A stretch of 46,538 nucleotides of DNA from an uncultured virus (IMG/VR IMGVR_UViG_2061766007_001776) (lineage: Duplodnaviria; Heunggongvirae; Uroviricota; Caudoviricetes). Each line of letters opens with the position of its first letter. Within the stretch, counting starts at the first letter, position 1. The stretch lies in IMG/VR virus record IMGVR_UViG_2061766007_001776, one strand, 5' to 3'. Of this stretch, positions 8,065 through 18,200 are shown piece by piece. Position numbers and translations under genes: made by a program. The notes beneath the pieces are model-generated. The model was not told the DNA's origin. It saw only the letters and a program-made list of their open reading frames with translations, and did not search any database.

Positions 8065-9030
8065 TTAAGTTACAAGTGATATTGATAAGCCGTTTATTGC
8101 ATTTGAATCTCCAGCATACGGAGAAAGCTTGCCGCCACGATAAACAAATATTGGATGAGTTTCCTGTAAATATACAGTTTTTCCTCCGCTACCAGCCACT
8201 CCCAAAAGAATATAAAATGCTCCTTCAGCATTAGCTGTTTGAGTTAATGGGGCGTTACCTATCGGTGTAAATGTAGTTCCACCTAAAACTCCTCTAATAT
8301 ATACTGGTTTAAAATCAGTAAATGTTATTGTTTGGGTTGTAGTGATATTAACTGCTAATATATCATAATTATTATGACCATATGCATTAACAGCCAAAGC
8401 TCCAGCAGCATATAATATTGGATATGTTACATCAAATGCCGTTCCGTCTTTGAGATGATGATAGACTCCATCTTTTCCAACGATTATATTACCAGCAACT
8501 ATTGCACTAGTACTATTACATTTGATATCTGCAGTGTACTGATTTCTGTCATATGTATTCGAGTTACCATCCAAATAACTTGTTGTAACTTTCCAAGCAC
8601 CAGTAATATTAGTTCTAGCATCACCACCTGTAGCAGCAAATACTGATTCAACAACCGCTGCAGAATCGTATGTCATTGTTATTATTTTACCAGCACCAAA
8701 ATGTGTAGTCAATCGTCCATTATCTTGCGTTTTAATACCAATAGGTTTATAAGTTGTACCATTGTCTAATGACAGAAAGACGCCCCAATCGTGACCATTG
8801 CATGGCACCTTAATAGTTACAGTATCCCCATCTTGTGGAGTCGATATACCCAGATTAAAATACCAACGAACTGGGAAATATCTTGGTGAAACACCAGAAC
8901 CTTTATCTTGTTGAGCTATGCCAGTTCCGATTAATATATTATTTTGTAAGGTTGTACTTAAGTTGCTAGTATGAGAATCACCAACAACTCTTAATGCTCC
9001 AGTTACAACCGTATTACCTAATTGCGCCAT
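8065..9030 (-). CDS. Tail fibre-associated / virion structural protein
   Basis: G/T/N-rich beta composition; position among fibre genes. Confidence 0.6.
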   Translation of the reverse strand: MAQLGNTVVTGALRVVGDSHTSNLSTTLQNNILIGTGIAQQDKGSGVSPRYFPVRWYFNLGISTPQDGDTVTIKVPCNGHDWGVFLSLDNGTTYKPIGIKTQDNGRLTTHFGAGKIITMTYDSAAVVESVFAATGGDARTNITGAWKVTTSYLDGNSNTYDRNQYTADIKCNSTSAIVAGNIIVGKDGVYHHLKDGTAFDVTYPILYAAGALAVNAYGHNNYDILAVNITTTQTITFTDFKPVYIRGVLGGTTFTPIGNAPLTQTANAEGAFYILLGVAGSGGKTVYLQETHPIFVYRGGKLSPYAGDSNAINGLSISLVT

Positions 9031-9060
9031 ACATACATACCCCCATTTTGATTTATTAAA

Positions 9061-9699
9061 TTAAATTTCAATTAGTTCGGGACTAGTTACAGCATAAGTA
9101 TAAAATGAATTCTTTGTATAACTTCCCTTATCATCTATTCTTAAGTATAAATCTAAATAACCAGTACTAACTGCTGTTGAACCCCAAGCAGGAATACCAC
9201 CATTCCAAGCAGTCCAACAACCAATAGCTCCCATCCAGTTACCACTATTTGCATTATTAACACATAAATAAGTATTACTATTTTTTAAATAGATCCCACC
9301 ATAATTTGTAACAGTACTATAACCATTTGTAATAACTGTAACATTAGCTAATAATGTTTGATCATAAGTTGCGGTCATTGGATTGGCTTTTTGTATCCAT
9401 CTATATTTTGTTTCAGTTACTCCAGAAGTAGTTGTTTGTTTAACCATTAATTCCCAAGTTCCGGAAAAGAAATTACATAGACTTGCATAAAACCATCTGT
9501 TATCATCCAAATATACTCTTGTAGCAAATGAATTGTTACTAGCAAATTTGTAACTTGCTGGATTATTATGGTGAACTATTCGGATCCAAGATGAACCATC
9601 TGGTTCAGTATAAATATTCTTGTCATAACCATTAGTAATGAATTCACTCATCATTTCACTACTAACAATTCCTGTTTTACTTATACTAACATTAGCCAT
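9061..9699 (-). CDS. Putative lectin/fibrinogen-like virion protein
   Basis: TEPDGSSWIRIVHHN resembles the fibrinogen-C DGGGW motif; aromatic-rich; family assignment tentative. Confidence 0.5.
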   Translation of the reverse strand: MANVSISKTGIVSSEMMSEFITNGYDKNIYTEPDGSSWIRIVHHNNPASYKFASNNSFATRVYLDDNRWFYASLCNFFSGTWELMVKQTTTSGVTETKYRWIQKANPMTATYDQTLLANVTVITNGYSTVTNYGGIYLKNSNTYLCVNNANSGNWMGAIGCWTAWNGGIPAWGSTAVSTGYLDLYLRIDDKGSYTKNSFYTYAVTSPELIEI

Positions 9700-9701
9700 T
9701 A

Positions 9702-11537
9702 TTATCCCTCCACAAATTCACCTTGAGTCATCATTGAGTGTTGAGTAATTGATACTGGTTTCTGATATAGTTCGAGAATATCAGCATCAGATAAAGCTGT
9801 TGCATAGAGTCTTAAATCAGAAAGTTTACACTCTTCATTTTCCGAAGCAGGTGTACTGTTATATTTTGAGTTGCCAACCATTAAATTCTTATTTATAATA
9901 TAACCACTATCGCCGTAAGTGTCGCTGAATTGTAAAACATTGTTAAGGTATCCCTTGTATGTAGTCCCTGTATAAACAATTGCAATAAAATTCCAAGTAT
10001 TAGCTGCACTTACTGTTATCAGCTTATGTGCATATCCACTAGATGAATTGGATTTAACTAAAAAATTATATTTTGTATACGATGCATTGTCTCTCCATAT
10101 CCCAATACCATTATAAGTCCAACTATCAAACGTACCGAATAAAAAATGTTGACTTGATATAGCTTGCACATTGATCCAAAAAGTTAAGGTAAATGCATAT
10201 AGATCCATTTTGAAATTAGGATTGTCAATATATCCTGCTTTTTGAAATAATGTTGCTATATTGTATCTTGGTGTGTCATTTGTTACAGAAACATTACCAA
10301 CAACAGTTCCATGATTACCAAATCCACTTGTATCATGAACTTTAGTACTAGCATAATCGTTTTCAATAAATGGAATATATGTATCTGATTCTATAACTTG
10401 AACATCTTTTATATCAAAATTCATTTCATAAACAGTACCATTGCCATTCATATTACTTGTATAAGCTTCTAAACGAGGATTACATGTAACTGTTGAACCA
10501 GATCTATCATATGTTTCATTTACAATTTGTGATACATAATATTCATGCCATTGTCCATCAGCTAATGCACTACTGCATATATTAATACCGTTAGTAACCC
10601 AGTCATTGTCAGATCTAGCTGCTTTTAAAGTTAAAGAAGCATTAGTAAACTTATTGCATCGGCATTTTAAACTATAAAAATATCTCTTACCTACTGTAAA
10701 TGTAAAATGAGGAAAACCAAAAGACCACCATGAATTATTTCCATCTCCAGTTTTAGTTCCTTTATAATTATATCCACTTTCATTTGCTAATTTAGTAACA
10801 GTCCAACTACCACCTGCTAAACCACCAGCAGCAGTTGATGAATATTTGTTTAATGTTGTACTATTATATTGATCATTCATCGGATAATGTACTATTAAAG
10901 CTTTACTAATTTCTTTTATTTCTTTTTCACTTAACGCTTCATCATAAACACGAATGTCATTTAACCAACAATAAGTATTTGCTTGACCTAAACTTAATTC
11001 ACCTGTTAATTTACTTGTTGTTGCAGTAAAAAGATTAATTGCAGTTGTATTTTTTAAAATACCATTAACATAAGTTTTATAATTAGTTCCATCATTTGTA
11101 ACAACAACATGCGCCCACAAATTTGATAAATTAATATTATCACCATAAAAAATATAATAACTATTTGTAGTACTTCCATAAGTTGTTAATTTGGTAGTAA
11201 CAATCTGAAGTGTTCCGGAAATATTTCTATGTTCGAATCTAAATCCAGCTCCGCTAATTGCCCCATTATTATCTATTCCAAGTGAAAACATATCTTGATA
11301 ACTTGGTGTTGGATCTGAACTCGACAATTTCATCCAACAACATATAGACCATGTGGTTAAACCAACTAAACCAGAATAAGTTAGTGCATTACTACCTCCA
11401 TTAGCAATTCTTAAACATTTACCTATTTTACCATTCTCATAACTAAAACCACTAGGTTGAGTATAAACGCCATTAACACTACTACATCCATAATTCTTAG
11501 TATCACCATTCAGAGGCAACCATACCTGTAACGCCAT
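9702..11537 (-). CDS. LamG/concanavalin-A-like lectin domain tail protein (two LamG domains plus a carbohydrate-binding-like insert)
   Basis: WLPLNGD...GKIGK, WAHVVVTNDG..KTYVNG, LNDIRVYDEALS and second LSDLRLYATALS motifs; DGQWHEY insert. Confidence 0.8.
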   Translation of the reverse strand: MALQVWLPLNGDTKNYGCSSVNGVYTQPSGFSYENGKIGKCLRIANGGSNALTYSGLVGLTTWSICCWMKLSSSDPTPSYQDMFSLGIDNNGAISGAGFRFEHRNISGTLQIVTTKLTTYGSTTNSYYIFYGDNINLSNLWAHVVVTNDGTNYKTYVNGILKNTTAINLFTATTSKLTGELSLGQANTYCWLNDIRVYDEALSEKEIKEISKALIVHYPMNDQYNSTTLNKYSSTAAGGLAGGSWTVTKLANESGYNYKGTKTGDGNNSWWSFGFPHFTFTVGKRYFYSLKCRCNKFTNASLTLKAARSDNDWVTNGINICSSALADGQWHEYYVSQIVNETYDRSGSTVTCNPRLEAYTSNMNGNGTVYEMNFDIKDVQVIESDTYIPFIENDYASTKVHDTSGFGNHGTVVGNVSVTNDTPRYNIATLFQKAGYIDNPNFKMDLYAFTLTFWINVQAISSQHFLFGTFDSWTYNGIGIWRDNASYTKYNFLVKSNSSSGYAHKLITVSAANTWNFIAIVYTGTTYKGYLNNVLQFSDTYGDSGYIINKNLMVGNSKYNSTPASENEECKLSDLRLYATALSDADILELYQKPVSITQHSMMTQGEFVEG

Positions 11538-11573
11538 CTTAATTACCTCCTTAAATATCTTTAATTCTTATTC

Positions 11574-11707
11574 TTACTCGGGTAAGGATCTGCACCTTAC
11601 ATGATGCCTTAATATCCCAAATTAAAGCTCTTGAAACCACGTTTTCCTTAATCTGGTCTTGCTACCCATCTATTGCATTAGCGTCTACCTATTCCGCCAC
11701 CGAGTAA
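11574..11707 (-). ncRNA. tRNA-like RNA with enlarged anticodon arm
   Basis: TTACTCGG/CCGAGTAA closing stem, Leu/Ser-type D arm TGGCGGAATAGGTAGACGC, T-arm-like GTAAGG-TGCAGAT-CCTTAC, ~67 nt in place of the anticodon loop. Confidence 0.7.
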
Positions 11708-11732
11708 CCACTAGTTCCTATTTAGTTGTTTA

Positions 11733-12188
11733 TTAAAGTCTATTCATGAGTTTTCTGATAATCTCAGCTTCTCTCTCATCTCGAGCTTCATTCAACATGC
11801 TATCTAATTCCTGTCTCATGTTCTCGGTTTCAGAGTTGCGAGAATATCTTCTACCCATTCGTCCTGTGCCAGAATAGCCATTACCAGATTCAACAGTATA
11901 AGTTCCTCTGTATGAATTTCCTGAGTAATTCCTATCCCACATAGGCTGAGTATAATAGTTTCCTGAGTACCCATTTTGATTTGCGGAACCCATTTCCATT
12001 TCCTCAATTTCCATCATCTTCTTCATAGTTGACTTAACATCTTTAATAATGTCCATTAACTTGAACAAACAATCTAAGTCAGCAGGAGAGATCATGTTTT
12101 TATTTGCATCTAACCTGTTATTAAAGTCAGAAAGTTCCTTTGTCGTACGCTCGCAGGTACGCTCTAATTCTTTATATAAATCTTGCAT
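11733..12188 (-). CDS. Conserved hypothetical phage protein (helical ends, GYSG-repeat low-complexity middle)
   Basis: RBS GGAGG; repeated NGYSGN/NYSGN/RYSR; last gene of the 11733-14951 operon. Confidence 0.75.
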   Translation of the reverse strand: MQDLYKELERTCERTTKELSDFNNRLDANKNMISPADLDCLFKLMDIIKDVKSTMKKMMEIEEMEMGSANQNGYSGNYYTQPMWDRNYSGNSYRGTYTVESGNGYSGTGRMGRRYSRNSETENMRQELDSMLNEARDEREAEIIRKLMNRL

Positions 12189-12200
12189 AGTAATACCTCC

Positions 12201-12659
12201 TTAAGCTTTATCAATTACAATATTAGCATTAGTTACAGTTATTGCTTCGTTCGAAATATTTCTAACTGAAACATTCGAGCAAGTACAAATATAAGGTACT
12301 TGAGCAATAACACTCACACTAACATTGAAAGGCTGATTTACAGCTGCAGGAGTAACTGACATAACAGCACTTGAGTCGATCTCTCCATCTATCACTAAAG
12401 CAAGAGAGATAGTTTCAACAGTACCGCCTTCAGGTATTTCTATGTTTGCTCCAAAGCTTATCAAGTAATTACTGTTTCTCTTCCAGCACTGACAAACATT
12501 CAAATTCTGTCTGAAGAAACGATTGACAAGCCTGAATATTCCAGAACCATCTCGATGATATATTAAATTTTCTCTGCATGGAACTGGAGATTCGTTAAAT
12601 ATAACACTAGCATTTGCTGCTACAAGTTGACTAGCGCTATTACTGTATTCAGCTGACAT
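12201..12659 (-). CDS. Conserved hypothetical beta-sandwich protein (BclA-CTD/C1q-like)
   Basis: ATG 12659 after GGAGG; all-beta pattern YLISFGANI...ISLALVIDGE...SVRNIS; several Cys. Fold is an inference. Confidence 0.65.
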   Translation of the reverse strand: MSAEYSNSASQLVAANASVIFNESPVPCRENLIYHRDGSGIFRLVNRFFRQNLNVCQCWKRNSNYLISFGANIEIPEGGTVETISLALVIDGEIDSSAVMSVTPAAVNQPFNVSVSVIAQVPYICTCSNVSVRNISNEAITVTNANIVIDKA

Positions 12660-12672
12660 AAAGCGCACCTCC

Positions 12673-13596
12673 TTAAGCTACACCAGAGCAACCACAACCT
12701 GCATATCCGTTATTACTGCATGTGAAGATTGGGGTCTTTCCGTAAACCGGCGTCGAAGGTACTGGACAGCTATTTAAACGATTGTATAACTGGTCAACCT
12801 CTTGGCTGAATCCATTCTGGATAAATGCATTCTGAGCGGTCTGTGATGCAGCAAGGTCTTTCATAGCTACTTCTTGACGAAGTCTTGCAATCTCGTCATT
12901 CTTTGATTCAACCTGAGCCTTAACACCATCAAGTTCTAACTGACAGAGCTTATCAAGTATTGCCTGTGTACTACGTGTCTGAGATTCAATAATGTCTCTT
13001 GTATTGGTAGCATCAGCTGTTCTTGTCATATTCCCTTCGGACTGTACTATATTCTGCGTTCCTACAGTCGCTAAGCGATTATCACAACAGCACTGAGCTA
13101 ACTGAGACTGAAGATTCATCAGTCCCTGTGTATTAGCAGTCTGGGATGCAAAACTCCTCTCAAGATCTGAAATCTGATTTGTGTAGAGCTGATTAGCAAT
13201 TGCATTCTGAGCTCCATTCACGGTAGCATTAACTCCTGCAAATCCAGCACAGAGTGAATTCTGCACATCGCCAAATCCTGATACTACGCCATTCTGTATT
13301 CCATTAATTGTAGTATTAAGCATCTGATCTCTGAAACCATCATTGATCTGATTAGAGTTATTAAGCCAAGGATAAAGACCATTTGTTCCATTGCCTCCAC
13401 CGAAGCCGTTACCCCAGCCGCCATTACCGAAGATTCCGNNNNNNNNNNGTATAACATAACGGACAAGTATTTGGAATTATGTGTCTTCTCCAACCTCTAN
13501 NNNNNNNNNCCAATCTCCACCAAAACCATTACAATTGTTACCATAACCTGCGGGTGCTACAGGCATATAAAACCCATTGTTTTCTGATCCTATCAT
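12673..13596 (-). CDS. Conserved hypothetical protein with Gly-rich N-terminus, coiled coil, CCC motif and Cys/Gly tail (interrupted by assembly gap)
   Basis: ATG 13596 with RBS AAGGAGG: MIGSENNGFYMPVAPAGYGNNCNGFGGDW-[gap]-GIFGNGGWGNGFGGG...RDQ continuing into the 12673-13323 ORF (LAQCCCDNR). Confidence 0.8.
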
Positions 13597-13759
13597 ATTA
13601 GAATCCTCCTTATGAATATTATTTATGTTTAATACCCATTTTGAATTATTCTTATAGAATTCTTAGCCGGCTTTAATAATTCTTAATGGATATTGAAACC
13701 AATTACTATTGTTTTACTCATGATTTCCTTTCGTCTCGTCAGGACTTACCGGGAAATTA

Positions 13760-13957
13760 TTACCTAGAATTATTATTGCCTTGCATGTTTCTATATTGCT
13801 GATAGGCTCTGTTATATTGTTCCTGAGTAATGTTTCCGTTTTGCATTAAATAGTTAATTATTGCATTAGGATTGTGAACATCAACATTACTCGGAATATT
13901 AATACCTCTCATCTTCATCGCTTGAAATAATGCTTGCATCATATTGTTATTGATCAT
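13760..13957 (-). CDS. Small M/N/Q-rich hypothetical protein
   Basis: RBS AAGGAGG; TAATG overlap with upstream gene; NPxxIINYLMQNGxITQEQY. Confidence 0.75.
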   Translation of the reverse strand: MINNNMMQALFQAMKMRGINIPSNVDVHNPNAIINYLMQNGNITQEQYNRAYQQYRNMQGNNNSR

Positions 13958-14412
13958 TAATCTCTACCTCCTTTTTTATTAAAGTGAGGTTTCTGATTAA
14001 AGAGTTGTTTAAGTTCTTCAATAGATTGTCTTAAATTACTTATTTCAAGTTCAGTAGATGATTTGTATTTGTCAAATTCTTCTTTGAAAGGGTTTTGTTC
14101 AATCTGTGTCTGTTCGGATGCAGGCTCAACGAAATCCTCTCGTTTAAATACAGCAAATACTGGTTTTTCATTTGGTGCAAATCCAAGTGACTTGGTATAG
14201 AAATACTGCCCATTTTGATTTTCGAAAACCAAATGATTGCCTGGAGCTACTTGCCAATTTCTTGCTTCATTCTCATCTCTAACATAATTGCAATTAAATG
14301 GTTGAGAATAAAGTTGATTTAATTGTTCTTGTCTTTGTTGCGCTTGAAAATTTTGATATTGCGCTGTTTGATAAGGGTTTAGTTGTGGATAATAGTTATT
14401 CGGATACACCAT
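13957..14412 (-). CDS. Hypothetical protein with Q/N/Y/P-rich N-terminus
   Basis: ATG 14412 after AAGGAG; low-complexity N-terminus, small beta domain, C-terminal coil. Confidence 0.75.
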   Translation of the reverse strand: MVYPNNYYPQLNPYQTAQYQNFQAQQRQEQLNQLYSQPFNCNYVRDENEARNWQVAPGNHLVFENQNGQYFYTKSLGFAPNEKPVFAVFKREDFVEPASEQTQIEQNPFKEEFDKYKSSTELEISNLRQSIEELKQLFNQKPHFNKKGGRD

Positions 14413-14572
14413 TCTTTTTCTCCTTTTCTTTTTCATAGTGATATCGATTACATTTCAAACAATTCTGATATATACTCATTGGATACTCGCATTCAAATAT
14501 TCCAGTTATTGGATTCTGACGCAGATGAAAGCAACTATCACAAGTCTTTGAAATATCATCATTTGTATCCAT
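14396..14572 (-). CDS. Small Cys-rich, possibly Zn-binding protein
   Basis: ATG 14572 after AAAGGA; CDSC...C...CLKC. Confidence 0.55.
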   Translation of the reverse strand: MDTNDDISKTCDSCFHLRQNPITGIFECEYPMSIYQNCLKCNRYHYEKEKEKKNGVSE

Positions 14573-14573
14573 G

Positions 14574-14951
14574 TTAATTTTCCTTTCTAAAATAGTATAA
14601 GACACTCATATTACCAGAATCATATGTATCGATATAGTTTCCATCAATTACTGCAACTACATGCGAACCATCACCAACTAGATAAGTACCTTTAGGATGC
14701 TCCTGTACGAAATGCTTTAGAATATAACATAACGGACAAGTATTTGGAATTATGTGTCTTCTCCAACCTCTATCTGATAGATATGACCACCATATAGTGT
14801 TGTAGTTTGGATAGTTCTTATCTAGGAATCCTTCTATCATCAAATCTAGATAGATGTCGTCCCATTGACGGTTTGTAGCAGTTGCGATTGCTCGGATTAC
14901 ACAATCATCAATTAGATTATTGTGTGGGTTGTTGTTTGATTGTATGAATAT
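14574..14951 (-). CDS. Small papain/C39-like Cys-His-Asp domain protein with apparent ATA start
   Basis: Frame extends 36 codons above the ORF-track start to ATA TTC ATA CAA TCA AAC AAC AAC CCA just downstream of RBS AAAGGAGTG; includes DDCVIRAIA (Cys) plus SHVVAV and DTYDSG. Confidence 0.7.
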   Translation of the reverse strand: MFIQSNNNPHNNLIDDCVIRAIATATNRQWDDIYLDLMIEGFLDKNYPNYNTIWWSYLSDRGWRRHIIPNTCPLCYILKHFVQEHPKGTYLVGDGSHVVAVIDGNYIDTYDSGNMSVLYYFRKEN

Positions 14952-14991
14952 CTTTGATCACTCCTTTCGCGTATTTTTATGCCTCTTTAAT

Positions 14992-15040
14992 GAAAAGAGA
15001 GCTTACCTAAGTCGTTAACTCGACGGCCTAGGCAAGCCCA
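14992..15040 (-). terminator. Probable intrinsic terminator
   Basis: GCTTGCCTAG...TTAGGTAAGC stem with G-U pairs on the minus strand, followed by TCTCTTTT. Confidence 0.55.
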
Positions 15041-15216
15041 TGATCGATTTGAGGGCATTGGTAAGTGCTTGAGTCTAAAATATGGCCAAGCGAATACTGA
15101 TGCTCCTCTTTNNNNNNNNNNNNNNNNNNNNNNNNNNNNNNNNNNNATGAAATAAATGCTAAGTGAACGTAGTGAGAACTGCAGTTTATGAAATAAAGTG
15201 TACTACTTATTTTGAT

Positions 15217-18200
15217 TTAATTAAACACAAAATCAATACATTTATTTGTAGAATTAAATTCTAGTCTAGCTCCCGATGTATTAGTAGCGTTACCACCTAT
15301 TGTTAAACTTCCATTTAATACCATTTTACCCACAGTGTCAATTGAAGCTACATTACCAGTAGTTTTATTTCTTCTAAATATCCATCCACGATTATCTTGG
15401 TCATTCATTGTAAAATAAGTAGCCCAATCACCTTGAACATAGCCATGTTTTTCTTTATTAGAAGTAGCTCTAAACATAATACCATACTGATCCATTTGAG
15501 AAGCTTGCTGATACAATGAAATACCACCAGATGAACCATTACTAGCAGAAACTGATAAATTAGTTGATCTTACTTCAGTTGCACCATGAAGAATACAACC
15601 ACTTGGATTAAATAATAAATAATTACTCTTTCTAGCTCCTTCAGTTCTTGTGGTATTATCAGCAGTTGCACTGAAGAGGACTTCATAATTTGCATTAGTA
15701 TTAGTAGCAGTCTGAGTTACTTTTACATCAGTAAACACAGCATCACTAGGCACTGATTTGGCTATGGTATAACCAGATGACTTGATAACGCCAAATGCTC
15801 CATCGGTAACTACTACTTGACCCGAAGTAATGGTACTATTAAACATACCCATTTTGAACCAGTCAGTCCAAGTTCCATTATTGTTACCTCTAAACATTGG
15901 AGGTTGATGACCTGTAGTATCAATGTGATCGCCATTAGGTATATAAAACTGAGTTGCAGCTGTAATTGAAGAGTTATCCCAATAATATGTATGCAAAAAA
16001 CCAGCACTTGATTTACCTGACTCTATTGGAGGAGCTCCACTAGTTGTTGTACTAGATACCAGATCTAATCTTAAAGCAGTTCTACCAGTTCCAGTAGCTG
16101 GACCAGTAGTAAAATTTATATTCGCTATTCTTGAAGTAACAGATGGGGCTGAAGCATAATACCCGTTAAATAAAACTCCAGTTCCAGGATTGAATAGCAA
16201 ATTACTATTTTTACGAGCACCCTCAGTTCTAGTAGTATTATCAGCAGTTACACTAAACAGTACTTCATAATTCGCACTGGTTGTTGTGGCTGTTTGAGTT
16301 ACAGCATTATTATTATCTGGAATAGTTATAGTTTGAGCAGTTCCACTCGATGGTGTTAAAGTTATCTTATGTCCATCACTAGAATCTTGTGTTAAACTAT
16401 AAGTCGTATTAGTATCAGTCGGTGTAGCCCAACTTCCATCATTTCTTAGATAAGTAGTAGTGGCACTACCAAATGCTGGACCATTTGTGATAGTATTAGC
16501 TCCATTAAATTTTGCAATATAACCAGATGTACCACTACCAGTTATATTGTTAGCAATTGAAGGAGTGACTGCAACATCTTGTGCTGTTCCTCCAGAAGGA
16601 GTTACAGTAAATTTATTAGTGCCTCCGGCAAAAGTATATGTTGTGTTATCATTCGGAGGTTTGACCCATGTGCCGTCGTTTCTTAAGTACTTAGTTGTAT
16701 CGCTTCCGATTGCAGGTCCACTTGTAAGTGTGTTGGCTCCGTTAAATTTTGCAAGGTATCCGGAAGTACCGGAACCAGTTATATTATTAGCAATACTTGG
16801 TGTTACTGTAACATCTTGTGCTGACCCGCCTGAAGGAGTTACGGTGAATTTATTAGTACCACCTGCAAATGTGTAAGTAGTATTAGTATAACTTGAATTT
16901 ATCTTTATTTTATTACCAGTTGCATCAAACTCAACTGTAGTATTAGTACCATTTACAAAATCAACAGCACCTGTATTAATACCAGTGCCTAACTTTTCAG
17001 TACCATTTACTTTAATATTTCTCCATGTATCAGTAAAACTCTCATCGCCTGAAGGAAACCATATCCATTGATAAGCAGAAGCACCAGTAGGTTTACATGA
17101 TACAAAGAAGTCTCCAACTTTAGCAGCTTGAGATGCATAAGTTCCAGCTGTTATTACTTTATATACAAAACCTTCATTACTTGCAGCTGCTGTAGGTAAG
17201 CTTGTGATAGTACCATTAGTTCCCAATGTACCTTTCATGACCATTGGTTCTGGTAAATTATCTATAGCAGTCCAAACAGCTCCACTTGTAACAAGATCAG
17301 CACTATTCTGTGTAACACTTGTAGTATAATTTTTAGCTGCTGCAGTTCCAAGTCCACTCACTTGACTACTAGCTATACTAATATCTTGTGTTGAAATACT
17401 AACTTTACCATCTGTCTCGGACCAAGCTGAAATAGTCTTACTTGCAGCAATACTACTAGCTCCTGTAACATCGAGAGTTCCCAATGCAGCTGCTACAGCT
17501 TTGCCAGTAGTTACATCAGTTCCGGTTGCCGAATAACTATCAGTTGCATTTTTAGCTGCTGCGGTTCCAAGAGTTGGTTTTCCACTTAAGTCAGCATAAG
17601 CACCGCTAAAGTCTGATTTGTTATTCCATGTATATTTTTCTCCAGTTGTTACGAGAGAAACATCAGTTCCTCCACTAGCAGCTGTTTTAGATTCGTATGT
17701 TGTATCAGTTGCTGCTATTGTAACTTTATCATTTGTTGGGTCAGGTGTTAATGTAATATTCGAACCGGCAACAAATTCAACAGTGTCTTGTTTTGCATCT
17801 GCTTCAACTGTACTACTACCTATTTTGATTTTTGCAAATGCATTTTGGTTTACTTCAGCACCAGTAGCAATTCCATTTAATTTAGTTTTGTCACCACTTG
17901 ACATTAAACCATTAGCACTAGTAGTAGCAACATCATAAGTAGTATCGGTTGCCTCAATTGTAACTTTATCGTTGGTCGCATCAGGTGTTAATGTGACATT
18001 ACTGCCAGCCACTAAAGTAAGAGCATCACTCTTTGTATCAGCGTCTATATTAGTGTTTCCAACTGTAATTCGACTAAATGCATTCTGGTTTACTTCAGCA
18101 CCAGTAGCAATTCCATCAAGTTTAGACTTATCAATACTGGATAAAAGTCCATTGGTTGAAGTAGTTGCAACTGATAATCTACTATCATTACCCATTACAA

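Noticed and set aside
13449..13499. ~50-bp copy of 14722-14772 inside another gene (possible DGR template/variable repeat or spacer)
   Set aside because: Flanked by N runs on both sides and differs only at the terminal base; looks like a misplaced SNP-bubble contig. No reverse transcriptase or adenine-specific variation.
13722..13758. Hammerhead ribozyme core CTGACGA-GAC-GAAA
   Set aside because: No correctly placed UH cleavage site or stem I partner; a simple hairpin explains the pairing.
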